From an uncultured Bacilli bacterium (lineage in GTDB: Bacteria > Bacillota_I > Bacilli_A > RF39 > UBA660): a stretch of 57,370 nt of DNA. The translations under genes and the position numbers were made by a program. The notes beneath the pieces were generated by a model that saw nothing but the letters and a program-made list of their open reading frames with translations, was not told where the DNA came from and did not search any database. Positions 19,759 through 26,134 of the stretch are shown here, in pieces; the first letter of the stretch is position 1, and each line of letters opens with the position of its first letter. The stretch lies in assembly GCA_947588925.1 (NCBI GenBank), contig CANQAT010000001.1, forward strand, positions 1-57,370, in the 5' to 3' direction.

Positions 19759-20549
19759 TGGAATTTGCAATTGTTGCTATAGCAGTTATTCTTATATTTG
19801 TCTGCAATAACATAATTAATCCAAAAAGTATACTTGGTCAGGTTAAACCATGGGTTAGAAGCTTGATGGAAAAAGATTATGAGTTCTTATTAAGAGTAAA
19901 GTATAAGGATAAAGATTTAGATATTAACGCACTATTTTCAAGAAGAATTAGGGATGGAATTTTAATAACAGCTTTTATAATATTTTTACTAGCTATAACA
20001 GGTTATTTAAACTATATGTTTGTAATATTTGCATTTGTTGCTGGTTTCTTGGTATTTAAAAGCAGTTATACAAAATTAAAAGGTTATTATAAAGCCAGAA
20101 TTCACTATATGGATTCTATGTTGCCATATTATTTGAAGAGTTTAGAGATTTTGGTTCAGCACTACACTGTTCCAGTAGCTATCTCAAGGAGTGTTGATAC
20201 AGCTCCTGAAATATTTAGACCGGGGCTTAGGAAGTTAGTTGCTAAAATTGATGAGGGAGATTCTAGTATTCAACCTTATTTGGATTTTGCAAATGAATAT
20301 CCAGTTAGAGATTCAATGAGAATGATGAGACTTTTGTATCGTTTAGGACTTGGTTCTAACGAGGATAAACACGATCAAATAATGATGTTTTCAAAAACGG
20401 TATCATCACTTCAAAATAAAGCTCGTGATATAAAATATAAAGAAAGACTTGAAGGCATGGAAAAAAGAACAATGCTTATGTTATTTGTAACAGGTGGAGG
20501 AGTTTTATTAGTATTATTCATGTCTATGAGTTTGATGATGGGTATATAG
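19758..20549 (+). CDS. TadC-like platform protein
   Basis: 263 aa with the same architecture as the preceding gene. ATG overlaps the upstream stop (TAATG). Confidence 0.6.
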   Translation: MEFAIVAIAVILIFVCNNIINPKSILGQVKPWVRSLMEKDYEFLLRVKYKDKDLDINALFSRRIRDGILITAFIIFLLAITGYLNYMFVIFAFVAGFLVFKSSYTKLKGYYKARIHYMDSMLPYYLKSLEILVQHYTVPVAISRSVDTAPEIFRPGLRKLVAKIDEGDSSIQPYLDFANEYPVRDSMRMMRLLYRLGLGSNEDKHDQIMMFSKTVSSLQNKARDIKYKERLEGMEKRTMLMLFVTGGGVLLVLFMSMSLMMGI

Positions 20550-20581
20550 TGTAAAAAAATGTAAATAATATTAATACAGTA

Positions 20582-20611
20582 TTGATTTTTATATATCTAT
20601 TAAGGTATAAT
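20582..20611 (+). promoter_or_regulatory. Promoter candidate for the Flp-sized pilin gene
   Basis: TTGATT, 18-nt spacer, TATAAT. A strong RBS GGTAGGTGAGG precedes ATG 20651. Confidence 0.5.
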
Positions 20612-20650
20612 ATAGTTAGTTATAGGTATTTAAAGGTAGGTGAGGTTTTA

Positions 20651-20872
20651 ATGAAAGAAGCAGCAGGAGAGGCAAATATGACTGTTATAACAATAGTTTT
20701 AATTGCAATAGTACTTGCAGTTGGAACTGTTATAGTTACTAATCTTATGAATAGTACTTCAAATAGTAGTGCTTGTACAGCATGTGGAGGTTATTGGAAA
20801 GGTGGAAAATGCCAAATTTCTGAAACTAACGCTGCTGAATTAGACTATTCTAGTTGTAAAGGTTCAAAATAA
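20651..20872 (+). CDS. Flp-sized (73 aa) pilin candidate with a cysteine-rich C-terminal tail
   Basis: MKEAAG leader, 25-aa hydrophobic helix, then a tail with five Cys (CTAC..C..C). Has its own promoter and terminator. Confidence 0.6.
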   Translation: MKEAAGEANMTVITIVLIAIVLAVGTVIVTNLMNSTSNSSACTACGGYWKGGKCQISETNAAELDYSSCKGSK

Positions 20873-20903
20873 ATGCTCGTTTTATAACAAGCATTTTTAT
20901 TTA
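20871..20903 (+). terminator. Intrinsic terminator after the pilin gene
   Basis: AAATGCTCGTT / AACAAGCATTT stem with one mismatch, followed by a T-run. Confidence 0.6.
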
Positions 20904-20977
20904 TAGCATTAAAAAATCAACTTTGAGCTATATATGACATTCTTTTGTAAACCCAGATTTATTTATTGATAATATCA

Positions 20978-21007
20978 TTGACAAAATAATTAAATAATTG
21001 GTATAAT
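20978..21007 (+). promoter_or_regulatory. Promoter candidate
   Basis: TTGACA, 18-nt spacer, TATAAT. Confidence 0.5.
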
Positions 21008-21033
21008 TGTTATGATAAAGGTAGGTAATTACA

Positions 21034-21489
21034 ATGAAAGAAAGTATAGGTTATTCAGTAACGCTCAATATAGTAATTATTTTTATACTTATTACGTTTA
21101 CTTTTCTTTCGGGTGTAATTATATATTTTAAGAGTAATAAGGTAAGCAATATTATAACTGAGACTATTGAAAAATATGAAGGATATAATACTTTTGCTCA
21201 AAGTGAAATATCACAAAAACTAGGTTCTATTGGATACATGAAAAAGCCACTAAAGAGTTGTCCTACTATTTCAGGATGTGAAAAACAGTATTCTGGTTCA
21301 GATGGATATTGCGTTTATGTATGTACTGAGGTTGAAAAAACTGCAGATACTTGTGATGTATATTACTATTACAGAATAAAAACTAGGATGATGATAAATA
21401 TTCCTATCATTAATGATTTGTTAGAAATTCCAATATATTCAAATACTAATAGAATGTATAATTTTGAAGATCAAAGTTTGTGCGGTTAG
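21034..21489 (+). CDS. Minor pilin / TadE-like candidate
   Basis: Leader MKESIG, then a hydrophobic helix and a Cys-containing globular part. Confidence 0.5.
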   Translation: MKESIGYSVTLNIVIIFILITFTFLSGVIIYFKSNKVSNIITETIEKYEGYNTFAQSEISQKLGSIGYMKKPLKSCPTISGCEKQYSGSDGYCVYVCTEVEKTADTCDVYYYYRIKTRMMINIPIINDLLEIPIYSNTNRMYNFEDQSLCG

Positions 21490-21501
21490 TGGAGTGATAC
21501 T

Positions 21502-22005
21502 ATGAGAGAGTCTATGGGAAATACTTTACTATTATATATAGTTATTATATTTTCTGGAATAATAATGTTATTCTTCGTTGGAATTTTATCTTATTCTAAA
21601 GCATATAAGGTAAAAAATAGAATTATAGAGATAATAGAAAAATATGGCAGTTATAGTAGCTGTTCAAATGGTGAAAAATGTGCAGTTTCTGAAATAAATG
21701 AAAGTTTAAAAGAGACGGGTTATAATGTAAGTTCAAAGGATTTGTGCAACAAAAGCTCTGTTCAAGACCATTTGAAAAAAGAGGTTGGTGTTGCTGGAAC
21801 GCCTGTTAGTCTAAATAATCCAACAAGTGGATATAATTATTGCGTTTTTGAAATTAATAACAAAACTTCATCAGTTACAAATCAAAATGCAGTATATTAT
21901 GTAGTTGTTACATTTGTACATTTCGATGTACCTATAATTGGAGATTTCATTAATATACCAGTGTATGGAGAAACTAAATATTTAGGTAAAAATTATAATT
22001 ATTAA
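21502..22005 (+). CDS. Minor pilin / TadE-like candidate
   Basis: Leader MRESMG, then a hydrophobic helix. Paralogous in layout to 21034..21489. Confidence 0.5.
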   Translation: MRESMGNTLLLYIVIIFSGIIMLFFVGILSYSKAYKVKNRIIEIIEKYGSYSSCSNGEKCAVSEINESLKETGYNVSSKDLCNKSSVQDHLKKEVGVAGTPVSLNNPTSGYNYCVFEINNKTSSVTNQNAVYYVVVTFVHFDVPIIGDFINIPVYGETKYLGKNYNY

Positions 22006-22020
22006 AAAGGGGAAATATAA

Positions 22021-23013
22021 ATGAATGTAATTGTATCGAATAAAAACCAAATGTTATTAGAAAACTTAGGAATAGATGTTATAAAAGAGATGAATGGTGA
22101 GTTTGATGTAGATGAGATAATTGCAACTTTTCAAAATTTCTTTTTTCAAAGAATGATACTAGATATAACTGCTATAAAAAATTATACAGATGTAACTAAT
22201 CTACAGAAATTATCTATTTCTTTAGATATGGATAAAGTAATCCTGCTATTAGATGGAACAGAATTAACTACAAATCCCACTTTCCTATCAAATTTAGTAT
22301 CTATGGGGATATATAATTTTGCTAAAAATATTGAGGGTATACAGTATTTATATAACACACCTAATAGTTATAGAGATGTTGCTCAGTTTCACAGAATAGA
22401 TTCTAATTTTGTAAATGCACAAATTTCAAATAAAAAACAACCTGTTGAACCTGCTCCTCAACCAGAATCAGAACCAGAATTCTATGGTACTAGAGTAATA
22501 GGTGTTAAAAACATTACTAAACAATCAGGTGCGAGTAGTCTTGTATACATGATGAAAAATGAACTTAGTAAAAATTATAGCGTAGTTGCGATAGAAGTAG
22601 ATAAGACAGATTTTAACTATTTTAGGGACAAAAGCATGATTTCAACCATTACTAGTGAAGTTGGAAGCGTTATAAACAAAAATAAGGATAAAAATGTAAT
22701 TCTAATCGATATTAATAATAGTATTGTAGCTGAAGGCTTTTGCCAGGAGGTTCTATATTTAATAGAGCCATCAATAATTAAATTACAAAAATTAATGGTT
22801 TTAAATGGAGCTGCTCTAAATAATTTAAAAAATAAAAAAGTAATATTAAATCAAAGTTTACTTAGTGAAAGTGAAGTTGCAAATTTTGAATATGAAGCTA
22901 GATTAAAAGTATTTTATAATTTAGCCCCTTTAAATGAAAGGGATAAAAAATTGCCTGAACTTAACAAGTTACTAGTTAAACTTGGATTTTCAAAGCAACA
23001 AAATGAAATTTGA
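22021..23013 (+). CDS. TadZ/CpaE-like protein: atypical receiver-like N domain, Pro-rich linker, and a ParA/MinD-like domain with a degenerate P-loop
   Basis: Linker QPVEPAPQPESEPE. GVKNITKQSGASS sits where KGGxGKT/S would be expected. Confidence 0.5.
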   Translation: MNVIVSNKNQMLLENLGIDVIKEMNGEFDVDEIIATFQNFFFQRMILDITAIKNYTDVTNLQKLSISLDMDKVILLLDGTELTTNPTFLSNLVSMGIYNFAKNIEGIQYLYNTPNSYRDVAQFHRIDSNFVNAQISNKKQPVEPAPQPESEPEFYGTRVIGVKNITKQSGASSLVYMMKNELSKNYSVVAIEVDKTDFNYFRDKSMISTITSEVGSVINKNKDKNVILIDINNSIVAEGFCQEVLYLIEPSIIKLQKLMVLNGAALNNLKNKKVILNQSLLSESEVANFEYEARLKVFYNLAPLNERDKKLPELNKLLVKLGFSKQQNEI

Positions 23014-23031
23014 TTAATTTTATAAAATTTA

Positions 23032-23060
23032 TTGACAATATTTGGTTTGGTAAGTATAAT
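23032..23060 (+). promoter_or_regulatory. Consensus sigma-A promoter
   Basis: TTGACA (23032..23037), 17-nt spacer, TATAAT (23055..23060). Confidence 0.6.
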
Positions 23061-23103
23061 ATGTACATATCAACCCTTTATTGCTGAAGAAGAGGTGAAT
23101 ATA

Positions 23104-23949
23104 ATGAAAAAAGCAGTATTACCACTGCTCGTCTTGCTTGTTGCGCTAACTTTTGGTATGAATGTTATCTCTGCAGATGAATGTACTGATTGTCAAAACA
23201 GTGGTAAGCCATGTGGATTATGTGGACGTTCATGTAAACTATATGATGATGGCGTGTGCAGAGTAAGCGATTATGATCAAGAATTATTTGACGCTGCAGA
23301 GTGTGCGAAAAATGCTAAAAGCTATAGTGAATGCAGTAAATGTACGGGTTATAGGTGGAATTCTAGTAGTTCTTCATGTGTCGTAGCAAGTTATGATGTT
23401 AATATTAATAGCGACTTAGTTTGCGAGTATGAAGGAAGGTACAATAATGTAGAAGTAACGTACACTATAGGCTTTAACAAAAATGATTCTGTGGTTGTCT
23501 ATAGAGATGGCTCTTTATTATCAAAGAAAGTTAGTCTGTCATATTTAGATAATATTGATACTTGTCCTAAAGATGAAAATATTTATATAAAAGAAAACAG
23601 TAATAGTATATCAATAAGAAGTAATGTAAGTTGTGGAAATATAGATTCAATACCAGCAAAATTTCCAGAGATTGTAAGTCTTATTGTTAGAATAATTCAA
23701 GTAGCTGTTCCAATAATACTTATATTAATGGGCATGATAGATTTATTTAAAGGTATAACAGCGCAAAAAGAAGATGAATTGAAAAAAGGACAACAGATGT
23801 TTATAAAGCGTTTAGTAGTTGGAGTTATAATATTCTTCGCGGTAATAATTGTTAAACTTTTAGTAAGCATTGTTGCAGACGCTGATACGTCAAATATAAC
23901 AAGTTGTATCGATTGCTTTTTAAGCGGTGTCGATAATTGTAGGAGGTAA
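23104..23949 (+). CDS. Paralog 1: secreted Cys-rich ectodomain fused to a C-terminal VirB2/TrbC-like two-helix module
   Basis: Signal peptide ending VISA. The mature N terminus DECTDCQNSGKPCGLCGRSCKLYDDGVCR is Cys-dense. C-terminal module VPIILILMGMIDLFKGITAQKEDELKKGQQMFIKRLVVGVIIFF, then CIDCFL. Confidence 0.65.
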   Translation: MKKAVLPLLVLLVALTFGMNVISADECTDCQNSGKPCGLCGRSCKLYDDGVCRVSDYDQELFDAAECAKNAKSYSECSKCTGYRWNSSSSSCVVASYDVNINSDLVCEYEGRYNNVEVTYTIGFNKNDSVVVYRDGSLLSKKVSLSYLDNIDTCPKDENIYIKENSNSISIRSNVSCGNIDSIPAKFPEIVSLIVRIIQVAVPIILILMGMIDLFKGITAQKEDELKKGQQMFIKRLVVGVIIFFAVIIVKLLVSIVADADTSNITSCIDCFLSGVDNCRR

Positions 23950-23952
23950 TTT

Positions 23953-24435
23953 ATGAAGAAAAAAATGTTATTAATTGTATTTACTATTTGTGCGTTTTGT
24001 TTTATGAGTATGCCTGTATTTGCTAAAAATATAGCTTCTTGTGATAGTGCGATTTCAAGTACTGTATTAATCGATGAGAAAATTCCAAATACTGTTAGTA
24101 CTATAGTAAATATAATAAAAGTTGTTGTTCCTATCTTACTAGTAATATTTGGTATGATAGATTTATTCAAAGGTATAACAGCTCAAAAAGAAGACGAATT
24201 GAAAAAGGGGCAGCAAATGTTTATAAAGCGTTTAGTTGCTGGAATAATTGTGTTCTTCGTATTTTCAATAGTTCAAATGTTAACTAGTTTAGTTGCTGGT
24301 GATGACAATACAGATATATTTACGTGTGTTAACTGTTTTATAAATAAAAAATGTACTTATAGAGCAGACAGTGAGGGTAATTGTGATGAAGGATTTACAC
24401 TATCAAATGGAGTATGTGTAAAAAATAATAATTAA
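23953..24435 (+). CDS. Paralog 2: short-ectodomain VirB2/TrbC-like two-helix protein
   Basis: Signal peptide, then the same module with a 28-aa stretch identical to paralog 1, then CVNCFI. Confidence 0.65.
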   Translation: MKKKMLLIVFTICAFCFMSMPVFAKNIASCDSAISSTVLIDEKIPNTVSTIVNIIKVVVPILLVIFGMIDLFKGITAQKEDELKKGQQMFIKRLVAGIIVFFVFSIVQMLTSLVAGDDNTDIFTCVNCFINKKCTYRADSEGNCDEGFTLSNGVCVKNNN

Positions 24436-24446
24436 GGGAGGTTTAT

Positions 24447-25562
24447 ATGGTTGAGGCCTTAAAAAAATTAGATAGAAAGTTTTTAATTATTGTCGGTTGT
24501 TTAATTTGTATACCTATTTTAATAATAATATTTCTTGCTATTGTACAGTCTTGCGGAAGTAAGACGTTATCCTATGAAAAGTATGAGGATAAAATGATTA
24601 GCGCAGCAGAGAAGTATTTTAAGAAAAAAAATATTATTCCAACAGAAGAATCAGAATTAGTTACTGTTAGTTTAGATGATTTAGTCTCTAATGGCTATAT
24701 TAAATCACCTGAAAAATTAGTTAAAGATAAATCTTGTACTGGAAATGTTAGTGTAAGAAGAAATGGTTCATCTATAGAGGAAAATGAAGGTGGATATTTA
24801 AATTATACTGTTCAGTTAAGCTGTGATAGTTATTCAACTAAAACTTTATCAAGTGTACTTAAAAATAGCCTTGTAAGTGAAGGTGAAGGTTTATATCAAG
24901 TTGGAGATATGTTCATATTTAAGGGTGATGATCCTAAAAATGTCGTAAGTATTTCAGATGAAATCTATAGAATTTTAAGTATAGATGAAAATAACATTTT
25001 AAAACTTTTAAAAGTTGAACCTGAAACTATTAATCATATGTGGGATAATAAATACAATACTGAAGTAAATAGTAGTGTTGGAAAAAATATATATGAAGAT
25101 AGTGTTATTTCAAAACGCTTAGAAGCAATATATAATGATTCAAAAAAATTTAAAGATTTAAAAGATAAAATTATATTAAAGGATATATGTATTGAAGCTA
25201 GAGATATAAATAATTATGATTTCATTACAAGTGAAGCTAGTTGCTCTAAAATATTAGAGAATCAACCTGTCTCACTAATAAACGTTTCTGATTTTGCTAA
25301 TGCAAGTTTAGACGCTGAGTGCTTAAATATTAATTCTAAATCTTGTAGAAATTACAATTATTTAAAAAATTATTCTCTATCTACATGGACAGTTAATGCG
25401 GTTTCTAATAACTCATATCAAGTTTATTATTTAGAGAACAATCTTGTAAGCTATATGGACGCTAATAATTATAACGAATATAATATAGTAATATATATCG
25501 ATGGTAATGAAAGAGAATTTACTGGTACAGGTAAACAGTCAGATCCATTTATTATTAAATAG
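24447..25562 (+). CDS. N-terminally anchored extracytoplasmic protein, function unknown
   Basis: Single TM helix (residues ~12-33) followed by a 335-aa hydrophilic domain with several Cys. Confidence 0.45.
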   Translation: MVEALKKLDRKFLIIVGCLICIPILIIIFLAIVQSCGSKTLSYEKYEDKMISAAEKYFKKKNIIPTEESELVTVSLDDLVSNGYIKSPEKLVKDKSCTGNVSVRRNGSSIEENEGGYLNYTVQLSCDSYSTKTLSSVLKNSLVSEGEGLYQVGDMFIFKGDDPKNVVSISDEIYRILSIDENNILKLLKVEPETINHMWDNKYNTEVNSSVGKNIYEDSVISKRLEAIYNDSKKFKDLKDKIILKDICIEARDINNYDFITSEASCSKILENQPVSLINVSDFANASLDAECLNINSKSCRNYNYLKNYSLSTWTVNAVSNNSYQVYYLENNLVSYMDANNYNEYNIVIYIDGNEREFTGTGKQSDPFIIK

Positions 25563-25573
25563 ATGAATTTGTA

Positions 25574-25602
25574 TTGACTTTTAATAAAAAATAAAATATA
25601 AT
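25574..25602 (+). promoter_or_regulatory. Near-consensus sigma-A promoter
   Basis: TTGACT (25574..25579), 17-nt spacer, TATAAT (25597..25602). Confidence 0.6.
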
Positions 25603-25623
25603 TAATGTAACGGAGGTATTTAT

Positions 25624-26025
25624 ATGAATTTTTTAGCTGCTAAAATGGGTGGACTTTATAATTGTGGAAATCTTGGATTTGATATTCCTGGTACATTTCC
25701 ATATATAGTACATCTTATTGTATTATTGATTAAAATTGTCGTTCCAATAATATTAATAATTTTTGGAATGCTTGATTTAGGAAAGGCTGTAGTTGCTTCT
25801 AAAGAAGATGAAATAAAGAAAGGTCAACAAACTTTTATAAAAAGACTTGTTGCCGCTATTGTGGTATTCTTCATAGTTCAAATAGTACAAATAATTGTTT
25901 CATTTGTTGCTTCTAGCTCAGGAGATGGTTCAACTATTTCTCAATGCTTTAACTGTTTTGTAAATGGAACTGTTGATAATGGAGAAAGAGGATGTAGCGT
26001 AAGCCCAAATAGTCCAATTAATTAA
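25624..26025 (+). CDS. Paralog 3: minimal VirB2/TrbC-like two-helix protein
   Basis: NCGNLGFDIP motif, then VPIILIIFGMLDLGKAVVASKEDEIKKGQQTFIKRLVAAIVVFF and CFNCFV. No large ectodomain. Confidence 0.65.
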   Translation: MNFLAAKMGGLYNCGNLGFDIPGTFPYIVHLIVLLIKIVVPIILIIFGMLDLGKAVVASKEDEIKKGQQTFIKRLVAAIVVFFIVQIVQIIVSFVASSSGDGSTISQCFNCFVNGTVDNGERGCSVSPNSPIN

Positions 26026-26030
26026 ATTTA

Positions 26031-26070
26031 AAAAGTGTAATATAATCATTGATTATTTACACTTTTTTTG
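26031..26070 (+). terminator. Strong intrinsic terminator
   Basis: About 16-bp stem AAAAGTGTAATATAATC / GATTATTTACACTTTT with one bulge, followed by T7. Confidence 0.7.
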
Positions 26071-26077
26071 TTATAAT
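26049..26077 (+). promoter_or_regulatory. Promoter candidate nested in the terminator, ahead of the T4SS core genes
   Basis: TTGATT, 17-nt spacer, TG-n-TATAAT (26069..26077). Confidence 0.45.
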
Positions 26078-26134
26078 TATGGTACAAGTGCGATTGTATA
26101 TTTTTTACGTGCAATCAAAGAGGAGGAGTAAATA

